Below are positions 1 to 14,342 of a stretch of 64,000 nucleotides of DNA, in pieces. The position numbers and the translations under genes were made by a program. Position 1 is the first letter of the stretch; each line of letters opens with the position of its first letter. Source of the stretch: Octopus vulgaris (Eukaryota). The DNA lies in contig OX597842.1 of the NCBI GenBank assembly GCA_951406725.2, forward strand, positions 20,274,001 through 20,338,000. Reading direction: 5' to 3'. Below the pieces are notes generated by a model. The model did no database searches, was not told the origin of the DNA, and worked only from the letters and a program-made list of their open reading frames with translations.

Positions 1-95
1 AGAACGTAAAACGATGTTTTAAGAGTATGATGAAGGGGGGGGGGGGGGGGGGTTACCAAAAACAGGTACTGTGTGTTGTTTTTATCTAATCTGTT

Positions 96-396
96 GGATC
101 TTTTCGGTTTGAACGGCAGTTTTTTCTAGTGGTGTAATATGAAATTGTCACCCATAATTATGACCCTAGTATCGATCTATTGCATTTCCATCTAATTTAG
201 GGTTAGGGTTTGGGGGGAAGGGTATCTTATTTTCTTCAGAAATGTAAATAAACCCAATCTGTTTCTTAAACGAGGGACATATTCATACGGCACAGAATGG
301 TTTCACCTCAATAGACGTCATTGATTGGTTGAAATTGAAGAAAAAAAACAACAAATATCTTACAAACTTTAGAATTTTCTCAATAAAACCAAGAGA
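96..396 (-). mobile_element. Partial GGATC-TIR MITE (reverse orientation), truncated by a SINE fragment
   Basis: Starts with TIR GGATCTTTTCGGTTTGAACGGCAG; the body is the reverse complement of the related element at 21737-22241. Confidence 0.75.
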
Positions 397-553
397 CTGA
401 ACCCGGAACCATGTTGTTGGTAAACAAGCTACTTACCACACAGCCACAGACGTTTTCAATTTAATTTGGATTCTTTGCCATCAAATTTGAATTCTTCAAT
501 TGGTGCTCAAGCCTTCAAAAAAAAGAGAGTTAAACTACATCAGCCGTATGTCT

Positions 554-3500
554 GGATCTTTTCCGTTTGACCGGCAGTTTTTTAAAATAATTCCCACGTA
601 ACTAAACACTTTTAAACTTCGTATACTGGTAGAATGTGTTTATAAAACATCTTTTTTTTCTTGGCTTTCTTGAGAAAATTCTATAGTTTGTAAGATATTT
701 GGGATCTTTTCGGTTTGAACGGCAGTTTTTTTAAATAATTTCCACGTAACTAAACACTTTTAAACTTCGTATACTGGTAGAATGTGTTTATAAAACATCT
801 TTTTTTTTCTTGGCTTTATTGAGAAAATTCTATAGTTTGTAAGATATTTGGGATCTTTTCGGTTTGAACGGCAGTTTTTTTAAATAATTCCCACGTAACT
901 AAACACTTTTAAACTTCGTATACTGGTAGAATGTGTTTATAAAACATCTTTTTTTTCTTGGCTTTCTTGAGAAAATTCTATAGTTTGTAAGATATTTGGG
1001 ATCTTTTCGGTTTGAACGGCAGTTTTTTTAAATAATTTCCACGTAACTAAACACTTTTAAACTTCGTATACTGGTAGAATGTGTTTATAAAACATCTTTT
1101 TTTTCTTGGCTTTATTGAGAAAATTCTATAGTTTGTAAGATATTTGGGATCTTTTCGGTTTGAACGGCAGTTTTTTTAAATAATTCCCACGTAACTAAAC
1201 ACTTTTAAACTTCGTATACTGGTAGAATGTGTTTATAAAACATCTTTTTTTTCTTGGCTTTCTTGAGAAAATTCTATAGTTTGTAAGATATTTGGGATCT
1301 TTTCGGTTTGAACGGCAGTTTTTTTAAATAATTTCCACGTAACTAAACACTTTTAAACTTCGTATACTGGTAGAATGTGTTTATAAAACATCTTTTTTTT
1401 CTTGGCTTTCTTGAGAAAATTCTATAGTTTGTAAGATATTTGGGATCTTTTCGGTTTGAACGGCAGTTTTTTTAAATAATTTCCACGTAACTAAACACTT
1501 TTAAACTTCGTATACTGGTAGAATGTGTTTATAAAACATCTTTTTTTTCTTGGCTTTATTGAGAAAATTCTATAGTTTGTAAGATATTTGGGATCTTTTC
1601 GGTTTAAACGGCAGTTTTTTTAAATAATTTCCACGTAACTAAACACTTTTAAACTTCGTATACTGGTAGAATGTGTTTATAAAACATCTTTTTTTTCTTG
1701 GCTTTCTTGAGAAAATTCTATAGTTTGTAAGATATTTGGGATCTTTTCGGTTTGAACGGCTGTTTTTTTAAATAATTTCCACGTAACTAAACACTTTTAA
1801 ACTTCGTATACTGGTAGAATGTGTTTATAAAACATCTTTTTTTTTCTTGGCTTTATTGAGAAAATTCTATAGTTTGTAAGATATTTGGGATCTTTTCGGT
1901 TTGAACGGCAGTTTTTTTAAATAATTTCCACGTAACTAAACACTTTTAAACTTCGTATACTGGTAGAATGTGTTTATAAAACATCTTTTTTTTCTTGGCT
2001 TTCTTGAGAAAATTCTATAGTTTGTAAGATATTTGGGATCTTTTCGGTTTGAACGGCTGTTTTTTTAAATAATTTCCACGTAACTAAACACTTTTAAACT
2101 TCGTATACTGGTAGAATGTGTTTATAAAACATCTTTTTCTCTTGGTTTTATTGAGAAAATTCTATAGTTTGTAAGATATTTGGGATCTTTTCGGTTTGAA
2201 CGGCAGTTTTTTTAAATAATTTCCACGTAACTAAACACTTTTAAACTTCGTATACTGGTAGAATGTGTTTATAAAACATCTTTTTTTCTTGGCTTTATTG
2301 AGAAAATTCTATAGTTTGTAAGATATTTGGGATCTTTTCGGTTTGAACGGCAGTTTTTTAAAATAATTTCCACGTAACTAAACACTTTTAAACTTCGTAT
2401 ACTGGTAGAATGTGTTTATAAAACATCTTTTTCTCTTGGTTTTATTGAGAAAATTCTATAGTTTGTAAGATATTTGGGATCTTTTCGGTTTGAACGGCAG
2501 TTTTTTTAAATAATTTCCACGTAACTAAACACTTTTAAACTTCGTATACTGGTAGAATGTGTTTATAAAACATCTTTTTTTTCTTGGCTTTATTGAGAAA
2601 ATTCTATAGTTTGTAAGATATTTGGGATCTTTTCGGTTTGAACGGCAGTTTTTTAAAATAATTTCCACGTAACTAAACACTTTTAAGCTTCGTATACTGG
2701 TAGAATGTGTTTATAAAACATCTTTTTCTCTTGGTTTTATTGAGAAAATTCTATAGTTTGTAAGATATTTGGGATCTTTTCGGTTTGAACGGCAGTTTTT
2801 TTAAATAATTTCCACGTAACTAAACACTTTTAAACTTCGTATACTGGTAGAATGTGTTTATAAAACATCTTTTTTTCTTGGCTTTATTGAGAAAATTCTA
2901 TAGTTTGTAAGATATTTGGGATCTTTTCGGTTTGAACGGCAGTTTTTTAAAATAATTTCCACGTAACTAAACACTTTTAAGCTTCGTATACTGGTAGAAT
3001 GTGTTTATAAAACATCTTTTTCTCTTGGTTTTATTGAGAAAATTCTATAGTTTGTAAGATATTTGGGATCTTTTCGGTTTGACCGGCAGTTTTTTAAAAT
3101 AATTTCCACGTAACTAAACACTTTTAAACTTCGTATACTGGTAGAATGTGTTTATAAAACATCTTTTTTTTCTTGGCTTTATTGAGAAAATTCTATAGTT
3201 TGTAAGATATTTGGGATCTTTTCGGTTTGAACGGCAGTTTTTTAAAATAATTTCCACGTAACTAAACACTTTTAAGCTTCGTATACTGGTAGAATGTGTT
3301 TATAAAACATCTTTTTCTCTTGGTTTTATTGAGAAAATTCTATAGTTTGTAAGATATTTGGGATCTTTTCGGTTTGAACGGCAGTTTTTTTAAATAATTT
3401 CCACGTAACTAAACACTTTTAAACTTCGTATACTGGTAGAATGTGTTTATAAAACATCTTTTTTTCTTGGCTTTATTGAGAAAATTCTATGGTTTGTAAG

Positions 3501-6500
3501 ATATTTGGGATCTTTTCGGTTTGACCGGCAGTTTTTTTTAAATAATTTCCACGTAACTAAACACTTTTAAACTTCGTATACTGGTAGAATATGTTTATAA
3601 AACATCTTTTTCTCTTGGCTTTATTGAGAAAATTCTATAGTTTGTAAGATATTTGGGATCTTTTCGGTTTGAACGGCAGTTTTTTTAAATAATTTCCACG
3701 TAACTAAACACTTTTAAACTTCGTATACTGGTAGAATGTGTTTATAAAACATCTTTTTTTTCTTGGCTTTATTGAGAAAATTCTATAGTTTGTAAGATAT
3801 TTGGGATCTTTTCGGTTTGAACGGCAGTTTTTAAAAATAATTTCCACGTAACTAAACACTTTTAAGCTTCGTATACTGGTAGAATGTGTTTATAAAACAT
3901 CTTTTTCTCTTGGTTTTATTGAGAAAATTCTATAGTTTGTAAGATATTTGGGATCTTTTCGGTTTGAACGGCAGTTTTTTTAAATAATTTCCACGTAACT
4001 AAACACTTTTAAACTTCGTATACTGGTAGAATGTGTTTATAAAACATCTTTTTTTTTCTTGGCTTTATTGAGAAAATTCTATAGTTTGTAAGATATTTGG
4101 GATCTTTTCGGTTTGAACGGCAGTTTTTAAAATAATTTCCACGTAACTAAACACTTTTAAGCTTCGTATACTGGTAGAATGTGTTTATAAAACATCTTTT
4201 TCTCTTGGTTTTATTGAGAAAATTCTATAGTTTGTAAGATATTTGGGATCTTTTCGGTTTGACCGGCAGTTTTTTAAAATAATTTCCACGTAACTAAACA
4301 CTTTTAAACTTCGTATACTGGTAGAATGTGTTTATAAAACATCTTTTTTTTCTTGGCTTTATTGAGAAAATTCTATAGTTTGTAAGATATTTGGGATCTT
4401 TTCGGTTTGAACGGCAGTTTTTTAAAATAATTTCCACGTAACTAAACACTTTTAAGCTTCGTATACTGGTAGAATGTGTTTATAAAACATCTTTTTCTCT
4501 TGGTTTTATTGAGAAAATTCTATAGTTTGTAAGATATTTGGGATCTTTTCGGTTTGAACGGCAGTTTTTTTAAATAATTTCCACGTAACTAAACACTTTT
4601 AAACTTCGTATACTGGTAGAATGTGTTTATAAAACATCTTTTTTTTCTTGGCTTTCTTGAGAAAATTCTATAGTTTGTAAGATATTTGGGATCTTTTCGG
4701 TTTGAACGGCTGTTTTTTAAATAATTTCCACGTAACTAAACACTTTTAAACTTCGTATACTGGTAGAATGTGTTTATAAAACATCTTTTTTTCTTGGCTT
4801 TATTGAGAAAATTCTATAGTTTGTAAGATATTTGGGATCTTTTCGGTTTGAACGGCAGTTTTTTTAAATAATTTCCACGTAACTAAACACTTTTAAACTT
4901 CGTATACTGGTAGAATGTGTTTATAAAACATCTTTTTTTTCTTGGCTTTCTTGAGAAAATTCTATAGTTTGTAAGATATTTGGGATCTTTTCGGTTTGAA
5001 CGGCTGTTTTTTTAAATAATTTCCACGTAACTAAACACTTTTAAACTTCGTATACTGGTAGAATGTGTTTATAAAACATCTTTTTCTCTTGGTTTTATTG
5101 AGAAAATTCTATAGTTTGTAAGATATTTGGGATCTTTTCGGTTTGAACGGCAGTTTTTTTTAAATAATTTCCACGTAACTAAACACTTTTAAACTTCGTA
5201 TACTGGTAGAATGTGTTTATAAAACATCTTTTTTTTCTTGGCTTTATTGAGAAAATTCTATAGTTTGTAAGATATTTGGGATCTTTTCGGTTTGAACGGC
5301 AGTTTTTTAAAATAATTTCCACGTAACTAAACACTTTTAAACTTCGTATACTGGTAGAATGTGTTTATAAAACATCTTTTTCTCTTGGTTTTATTGAGAA
5401 AATTCTATAGTTTGTAAGATATTTGGGATCTTTTCGGTTTGAACGGCAGTTTTTTTAAATAATTTCCACGTAACTAAACACTTTTAAACTTCGTATACTG
5501 GTAGAATGTGTTTATAAAACATCTTTTTTTTCTTGGCTTTATTGAGAAAATTCTATAGTTTGTAAGATATTTGGGATCTTTTCGGTTTGAACGGCAGTTT
5601 TTTAAAATAATTTCCACGTAACTAAACACTTTTAAGCTTCGTATACTGGTAGAATGTGTTTATAAAACATCTTTTTCTCTTGGTTTTATTGAGAAAATTC
5701 TATAGTTTGTAAGATATTTGGGATCTTTTCGGTTTGAACGGCAGTTTTTTTAAATAATTTCCACGTAACTAAACACTTTTAAACTTCGTATACTGGTAGA
5801 ATGTGTTTATAAAACATCTTTTTTTTCTTGGCTTTATTGAGAAAATTCTATAGTTTGTAAGATATTTGGGATCTTTTCGGTTTGAACGGCAGTTTTTTAA
5901 AATAATTTCCACGTAACTAAACACTTTTAAGCTTCGTATACTGGTAGAATGTGTTTATAAAACATCTTTTTCTCTTGGTTTTATTGAGAAAATTCTATAG
6001 TTTGTAAGATATTTGGGATCTTTTCGGTTTGACCGGCAGTTTTTTAAAATAATTTCCACGTAACTAAACACTTTTAAACTTCGTATACTGGTAGAATGTG
6101 TTTATAAAACATCTTTTTTTTCTTGGCTTTATTGAGAAAATTCTATAGTTTGTAAGATATTTGGGATCTTTTCGGTTTGAACGGCAGTTTTTTAAAATAA
6201 TTTCCACGTAACTAAACACTTTTAAGCTTCGTATACTGGTAGAATGTGTTTATAAAACATCTTTTTCTCTTGGTTTTATTGAGAAAATTCTATAGTTTGT
6301 AAGATATTTGGGATCTTTTCGGTTTGAACGGCAGTTTTTTTAAATAATTTCCACGTAACTAAACACTTTTAAACTTCGTATACTGGTAGAATGTGTTTAT
6401 AAAACATCTTTTTTTCTTGGCTTTATTGAGAAAATTCTATGGTTTGTAAGATATTTGGGATCTTTTCGGTTTGACCGGCAGTTTTTTAAAATAATTTCCA

Positions 6501-9500
6501 CGTAACTAAACACTTTTAAACTTCGTATACTGGTAGAATATGTTTATAAAACATCATTTTCTCTTGGCTTTATTGAGAAAATTCTATAGTTTGTAAGATA
6601 TTTGGGATCTTTTCGGTTTGAACGGCAGTTTTTTAAATAATTTCCACGTAACTAAACACTTTTAAACTTCGTATACTGGTAGAATGTGTTTATAAAACAT
6701 CTTTTTTTCTTGGCTTTATTGAGAAAATTCTATAGTTTGTAAGATATTTGGGATCTTTTCGGTTTGAACGGCAGTTTTTTAAAATAATTTCCACGTAACT
6801 AAACACTTTTAAGCTTCGTATACTGGTAGAATGTGTTTATAAAACATCTTTTTCTCTTGGTTTTATTGAGAAAATTCTATAGTTTGTAAGATATTTGGGA
6901 TCTTTTCGGTTTGAACGGCAGTTTTTTTAAATAATTTCCACGTAACTAAACACTTTTAAACTTCGTATACTGGTAGAATGTGTTTATAAAACATCTTTTT
7001 TTCTTGGCTTTATTGAGAAAATTCTATAGTTTGTAAGATATTTGGGATCTTTTCGGTTTGAACGGCAGTTTTTTAAAATAATTTCCACGTAACTAAACAC
7101 TTTTAAGCTTCGTATACTGGTAGAATGTGTTTATAAAACATCTTTTTCTCTTGGTTTTATTGAGAAAATTCTATAGTTTGTAAGATATTTGGGATCTTTT
7201 CGGTTTGACCGGCAGTTTTTTAAAATAATTTCCACGTAACTAAACACTTTTAAACTTCGTATACTGGTAGAATGTGTTTATAAAACATCTTTTTTTTCTT
7301 GGCTTTATTGAGAAAATTCTATAGTTTGTAAGATATTTGGGATCTTTTCGGTTTGAACGGCAGTTTTTTAAAATAATTTCCACGTAACTAAACACTTTTA
7401 AGCTTCGTATACTGGTAGAATGTGTTTATAAAACATCTTTTTCTCTTGGTTTTATTGAGAAAATTCTATAGTTTGTAAGATATTTGGGATCTTTTCGGTT
7501 TGAACGGCAGTTTTTTTAAATAATTTCCACGTAACTAAACACTTTTAAACTTCGTATACTGGTAGAATGTGTTTATAAAACATCTTTTTTTTCTTGGCTT
7601 TATTGAGAAAATTCTATGGTTTGTAAGATATTTGGGATCTTTTCGGTTTGACCGGCAGTTTTTTAAAATAATTTCCACGTAACTAAACACTTTTAAACTT
7701 CGTATACTGGTAGAATATGTTTATAAAACATCTTTTTCTCTTGGCTTTATTGAGAAAATTCTATAGTTTGTAAGATATTTGGGATCTTTTCGGTTTGAAC
7801 GGCAGTTTTTTAAAATAATTTCCACGTAACTAAACACTTTTAAGCTTCGTATACTGGTAGAATATGTTTATAAAACATCTTTTTCTCTTGGTTTTATTGA
7901 GAAAATTCTATAGTTTGTAAGATATTTGGGATCTTTTCGGTTTGACCGGCAGTTTTTTTAAAATAATTTCCACGTAACTAAACACTTTTAAACTTCGTAT
8001 ACTGGTAGAATATGTTTATAAAACATCTTTTTCTCTTGGCTTTATTGAGAAAATTCTATAGTTTGTAAGATATTTGGGATCTTTTCGGTTTGAACGGCAG
8101 TTTTTTAAAATAATTTCCACGTAACTAAACACTTTTAAGCTTCGTATACTGGTAGAATGTGTTTATAAAACATCTTTTTCTCTTGGTTTTATTGAGAAAA
8201 TTCTATAGTTTGTAAGATATTTGGGATCTTTTCGGTTTGACCGGCAGTTTTTTAAAATAATTTCCACGTAACTAAACACTTTTAAACTTCGTATACTGGT
8301 AGAATGTGTTTATAAAACATCTTTTTCTCTTGGTTTTATTGAGAAAATTCTATAGTTTGTAAGATATTTGGGATCTTTTCGGTTTGAACGGCAGTTTTTT
8401 TAAATAATTTCCACGTAACTAAACACTTTTAAACTTCGTATACTGGTAGAATGTGTTTATAAAACATCTTTTTCTCTTGGTTTTATTGAGAAAATTCTAT
8501 AGTTTGTAAGATATTTGGGATCTTTTCGGTTTGAACGGCAGTTTTTTTTAAATAATTTCCACGTAACTAAACACTTTTAAACTTCGTATACTGGTAGAAT
8601 GTGTTTTTAAAACATCTTTTTCTCTTGGCTTTATTGAGAAAATTCTATAGTTTGTAAGATATTTGGGATCTTTTCGGTTTGAACGGCAGTTTTTTTAAAT
8701 AATTTCCACGTAACTAAACACTTTTAAACTTCGTATACTGGTAGAATGTGTTTATAAAACATCTTTTTCTCTTGGCTTTATTGAGAAAATTCTATAGTTT
8801 GTAAGATATTTGGGATCTTTTCGGTTTGAACGGCAGTTTTTTTAAATAATTTCCACGTAACTAAACACTTTTAAACTTCGTATACTGGTAGAATGTGTTT
8901 ATAAAACATCTTTTTCTCTTGGCTTTATTGAGAAAATTCTATAGTTTGTAAGATATTTGGGATCTTTTCGGTTTGAACGGCAGTTTTTTTTAAATAATTT
9001 CCACGTAACTAAACACTTTTAAACTTCGTATACTGGTAGAATGTGTTTATAAAACATCTTTTTCTCTTGGCTTTATTGAGAAAATTCTATAGTTTGTAAG
9101 ATATTTGGGATCTTTTCGGTTTGAACGGCAGTTTTTTTAAATAATTTCCACGTAACTAAACACTTTTAAACTTCGTATACTGGTAGAATGTGTTTATAAA
9201 ACATCTTTTTCTCTTGGCTTTATTGAGAAAATTCTATAGTTTGTAAGATATTTGGGATCTTTTCGGTTTGAACGGTAGTTTTTTTTAAATAATTTCCACG
9301 TAACTAAACACTTTTAAACTTCGTATACTCGTAGAATGTGTTTATAAAACATCTTTTTCTCTTGGCTTTATTGAGAAAATTCTATAGTTTGTAAGATATT
9401 TGGGATCTTTTCGGTTTGAACGGCAGTTTTTTAAAATAATTTCCACGTAACTAAACACTTTTAAACTTCGTATACTGGTAGAATGTGTTTATAAAACATC

Positions 9501-9696
9501 TTTTTCTCTTGGCTTTATTGAGAAAATTCTATAGTTTGTAAGATATTTGGGATCTTTTCGGTTTGAACGGCAGTTTTTTAAAATAATTTCCACGTAACTA
9601 AACACTTTTAAACTTCGTATACTGGTAGAATATGTTTATAAAACATCTTTTTCTCTTGGCTTTATTGAGAAAATTCTATAGTTTGTAAGATATTTG
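554..9696 (+). repeat. Satellite array, ~147-149 bp monomer, about 62 copies, derived from the left end of the GGATC-TIR MITE
   Basis: Monomer GGATCTTTTCGGTTTGAACGGCAG...GTAAGATATTTG recurs at 554, 702, 851, 999 and onward to 9696. After the last unit the sequence continues into MITE body sequence (AATTTCAACCAATCAAT). Confidence 0.97.
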
Positions 9697-9902
9697 TCGT
9701 TTAATTTGTTAATTTTCGGCAATTTCAACCAATCAATAACATTGATTGGATGTGCCTCTCATTAATTCAATCTAGCTGTTTCTGCTCATCTCGACAGGCA
9801 GAAAGTTCTGCTTGATAAAATTAATATATTGATGGACAAGCTAAAATCATTAAAACTTGTGGGCAAACTTTGGGGAAAAACACCTTTGCACCTTATACAA
9901 AA

Positions 9903-10485
9903 GTAGAGGCACATGGCCTGGTGGTTAGAGCAGCAGACTTGCAGTCGAGGGATCACGGGTTCAAATCTCAGACAGGGCGATGCGTGTGTTTATGAGCGAA
10001 ACACCTAAGCTCCATGCGGCTCCGGCAGAAGGTAATGGCGAACTTCTGCTGACTCTTTCGCCACAACTTTCTCTTATTCTTTCCTCCTGCATCTTGCAGC
10101 TCACCTGCGTATAGGTTCCAGGTGGGGAACCTATACGCCTAGGAAACTGGCCCTTATGAGCCAGGCATGGCTCGAGAAGGGACAAAGAATATATATAAAT
10201 ATATATGTGGAGGCACATGGTTAGAGTAGTGGACTCGCGGTCGAGGGATCATGGGTTCAAATATCAGTCTGGGCGATGTGTGTATTTATGAGCGAAACAC
10301 CTAAGCTCCACGCGGCTCCAGCAGAAGGTAATGGTGAAACTTCTACTCACTCTTTCGCCACATCTTTCTCTCACCCGCTCACCTGCGATGGACCGGTGTC
10401 CCGTCCAGGTGGGGAACCTATTCGCCAAGGAAGCTGGGAAACCGGCCCTTATGAGCCAGGCATGGCTCGAGAAGGAACAAACAAA
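9903..10485 (+). mobile_element. Two adjacent tRNA-derived SINE copies (family A; 9903-10185 and 10207-10485)
   Basis: Pol III A/B-box-like head (TGGCCTGGTGGTTAG...GGTTCAAATC); the same family occurs at 14480, 46446, 52768 and 57429. Confidence 0.8.
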
Positions 10486-10814
10486 CCTTATACAAAGAAA
10501 TAAATCCTGTTGGTCCAGTACTTACGAAATGATTGAGAGATACTTCCAACTCTGGCCGTTTTTAGACTCTTTTCAAGGCGATACAAAGCTGCTTGATCAT
10601 CTGTTGATTCCACTGGGCCATTGCGCCTCCACTTTCTAGGGGTAAGCATGTAGAAAATAACAATTGCTACCCAAGGCCCAAAATCTTGTTACACAATGTT
10701 ATCTGTTTAAGGCCTTGTACTCCTCTCAAATACAATGTTCATATAAGATTGAGTCTGTATTTTCTGAAGCCTTTTGCCAGATTTTTGATGTGAAATTGTG
10801 TGTTGAAACAGACA

Positions 10815-11415
10815 TTGTTGTATTTCGGAATGGTCATTTTGCCAGTTTAGCCAATAAAACCACATGCACTATATATTTGGTGTTACTTTGCTTCAACGTT
10901 ATTTATTTTTTACATTAATCCTAATCTTATTTCGGCCAGAGTTCTTTCGTCACACTCCTGTGACCGCATCAGTGGTCCTTTGCTTTCTTCTTTTTTATTT
11001 GTGTGTCTCTCCTTACTAATAATCAACCATTTTGTATTTTGTATTCCTATTGTATGTGTCTTCATTTGCACATGCGTATACCTCTATGTATGCCTATGTT
11101 TAGTTAGTGGGGTGGAGAAATAGCCTGTAATATTTGTATCTCCTGTTTATATACGTTCGTGTAATTTGTTTTTGTTTATTTTTATTTTGTTCATGTGTTT
11201 ACTCCTACTTATTATTATTATTATGTATTTATGTATAATAATAATAATATAAAAATGATGAGGTCACAGGATTGTGACGAAAGAACTCTGGCCGAAATAA
11301 GATTAAGGATTAATGTAAAAAATAAATAACACTGAAGCAAAGTAACACCAAATATATAGTGCGTGTGTTTTTATTGGCTAAACTGGCAAAATGGCCATTC
11401 CTAAATACAACAGTG
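10815..11415. mobile_element. Inverted pair of Penelope-like terminal repeats
   Basis: 10815-10972 and 11256-11415 are reverse complements, and each carries a hammerhead-like motif. Inverted truncated pseudo-LTRs are typical of Penelope-like elements. Confidence 0.65.
10934..10978 (-). ncRNA. Minimal type I hammerhead ribozyme motif (core variant)
   Basis: Minus strand reads GGACCA-CUGAUGC-G-GUCAC(AGGAGU)GUGAC-GAAA-GAAC-UC-UGGCC. The + strand copy at 11256-11293 has UGAUGA but lacks the 5' strand of helix I. Confidence 0.65.
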
Positions 11416-11933
11416 GCAATAAATGTCGTATATAAATGAACACCAAGCCTTTGTCATAACCAAAGCTACACTCTGTCTTAAACTGTTGTTTCTCTCTTAT
11501 TTCAGAATATCAGAGGACATTGGCATCAGAGGAATTTTACTGCAGAAGCGTCATCAATGTTTATCATATTTTGAAGATGATGTTACACAGAACTGGATAT
11601 AAGAACCCTGTTTATGTAAATTAACTGTGAATTTCAGTAAAATATTTCTTCTGGGTGACATTATTGGTGAAATTTCTTGGATTCACTCTGAAATGGGTAA
11701 AACCTAAATTTGGATTCTGAATAAACTTGGATAAATTTAAAAAGACATTTGCAACATCTCAAGATATCAGCAAAGCTTATATTTGATAAAAATATGGCAG
11801 TTGTAACATTTGTTAGGAATAAAATATAGAAACAAGAAGAAAGGAAATTTCCAGACCATTTTGTTGAAGAAAAAAATTACAGAAAGAGGAATTGTGTGAG
11901 AATCTTGGAGTTTTGTTAGTTTTAGCTGCAGAG

Positions 11934-13815
11934 ATGCCGAAAGAAAGAGGAAAATCTGTATATGACTGTGATATCTGTGGTAAATCATTCCCTAAAAAGG
12001 TAACCTAACTATTCACAGAAATATTCACACAGGGCAAAAACCATATCATTGTGATATCTGTGGTAAATCATTCTCTACAAATAGTTACATAGCTACTCAC
12101 AAACTTACTCATACAGGGGAGAAACCATATCATTGTGATATCTGCAGTAAATCATTAATTCGCAGAAGTGCTGTAACTGTACATAAACATATTCATACAG
12201 GTGAGAAACCATATCACTGTGATATCTGTGGTAAATCATTCTCCATGAGAGTTAACTTAGCTAAACACAAACTTACTCATACAGGTGAGAAACCTTATCA
12301 GTGTGATATTTGTGATAAATCATTCGCTCGAAGAAGTGCTGTAACTGTACATAAACGTATTCATACAGGTGAGAAACCGTATCACTGTGATATCTGTGGT
12401 AAATCATTTTCTAATTGTAGTGGTTTAACATGTCACAGACGTATTCATACAGGAGAGAAACCATATCACTGTGATATCTGTGGTAAATCATTCTCCATGA
12501 AATTTAACTTGGATACACACAAACTTACTCACACAGGGGAGAAACCATATCGGTGTGATATCTGCGGTAAATCATTCTCTCGAAATGGTGCCTTAGCTAA
12601 ACACAGACATACTCATACAAGCAAGAAACCTTATCAGTGTGATATCTGTGGTAAATTATTTTTTGAAAGGTAACTTAACTACACACAAACTTATTCATAC
12701 AGGTGAGAAGCCTTATCAGTGTGATATCTGTGGTAAATCATTCTCTGTGAGAGTTAACTTAGTGACACACAAAGTTATTCATACGGGAGAGAAACCTTAT
12801 CAATGTGATATCTGTGGTAAATCATTCACTCAAAGAAGTACTGTAACTATACATAAACGTATTCATACAGGAGAAAAACCATATCACTGTGATATCTGTA
12901 GTAAATCATTCTCTCGATGTCAGTACTTAGTTACGCACAAACTTACTCATACAGGCGACAAACCTTACCAGTGTGATATCTGTGGTAAATCATTCTCTCG
13001 AAATGGTGACTTAGCTAAACACAAACATACTCACACTGGCGAGAAACCCCATCAGTGTGATATCTGTGGTAAATCATTCTCTTTGCAATGTAATTTAAGT
13101 AAGCACAGACTTACTCATACAGGGGAGAAACCTTATCAGTGTGATATCTGTGGTAAATCCTTCTCTCGAAATAGTGACTTAGCTACTCACAAATTTACTC
13201 ATACAGGAGAAAAGCCATATTCCTGTGATATCTGTGGTAAATCATTCACTCACAGAAGTGCTGTAACTGTACACAAACGTACTCATACAGGTGAGAAACC
13301 ATATCAATGTGATATCTGTGATAAATCATTCTCTCAAAGTGGTGACTTATCCACTCACAGGTTTATCCATACAGGTGAGAAACCTTACCACTGTGATATC
13401 TGTGGGAAATCATTCACTCTAAAGGTTGTCTTAACTAAACACAAACGTACTCATACAGGTGAAAAGCCATATCACTGTGATATCTGCAGTAAATCATTCA
13501 TTCAAAAGGGACAATTAAGTAGACACAAATGTATTCCTTCAGGAATGAAATCACATCATTGTGACACCTGTGGTGAATCATTCTCTGTAAAAGCTAAATT
13601 AACTAATCACAAACGTACTCATACAGGCGAAAAGCCTTATCACTGTGATATCTGTGGTGAATCATTCTCTGAAATAGAGCACTTGACCACTCACAGACTC
13701 ATTCATTAGGAGAGAAACCATGTCATTGTGATATCTGTGGTGAATGGTTCTCTCAAATAAATCTCTTAGATAAACACAGACACACATTGATATGGAAGAG
13801 AAACCATCTAACTGA
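11934..13815 (+). pseudogene. C2H2 zinc-finger array gene (~22 fingers) with three frameshifts
   Basis: 84-nt periodic CDICGKSF...H..H-TGEKPY repeats. ATG at 11934; frame breaks near 11998, 12660 and 13707. Splice-acceptor-like TTATTTCAG at ~11505; AATAAA at ~14032 and ~14094. Confidence 0.85.
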
Positions 13816-14342
13816 TTCTGTGGTATATCCTTCTCTGAAAAAAGACAATTAACTACAGATATCTTTCTCATCATAGAGAAGAGTGACTGTATCAATATCA
13901 AAAGTCATTTGTTGAAAGGAATATCTTATATAACAATAAATATATCCACACGATAAAGAAGATATAACAGCATGTTATAACAACTTACTAACACTATATT
14001 TTTATATATCCTTATCAATTCTGATATTTTTAATAAAAGCTGTTCTTTCATAATATTCATATATATATTCCATTTAAGATAATTTCTGAATGAATAAAAA
14101 ATTCTATTAATGTTTGTCCAATTATTACAAAACTGTTTCTCAGAGTTTCATGTTCTTGTCTGTTGGACAGTTGGAATGAAATGTTTCCATCACACCTGTC
14201 AGTTGAATGCAAACCTGACACTCAGATTAACAGTTTTCTGATAAATTTGCAGCTTTAATAAAAGTATGTATGTATGTATATATATATGGCCGTCCCCATG
14301 ATAGATCGTTAGCCACTACACACATCTTTTTCCCTCCTTGTT

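Noticed and set aside
196-215. TTAGGG telomere-like repeats (also ~32180 and ~32305)
   Set aside because: Only 2-3 units, and they are an internal part of the GGATC MITE.
554-9696. CRISPR-like regular repeat
   Set aside because: No unique spacers and no cas genes; contiguous monomers in eukaryotic DNA indicate a satellite.
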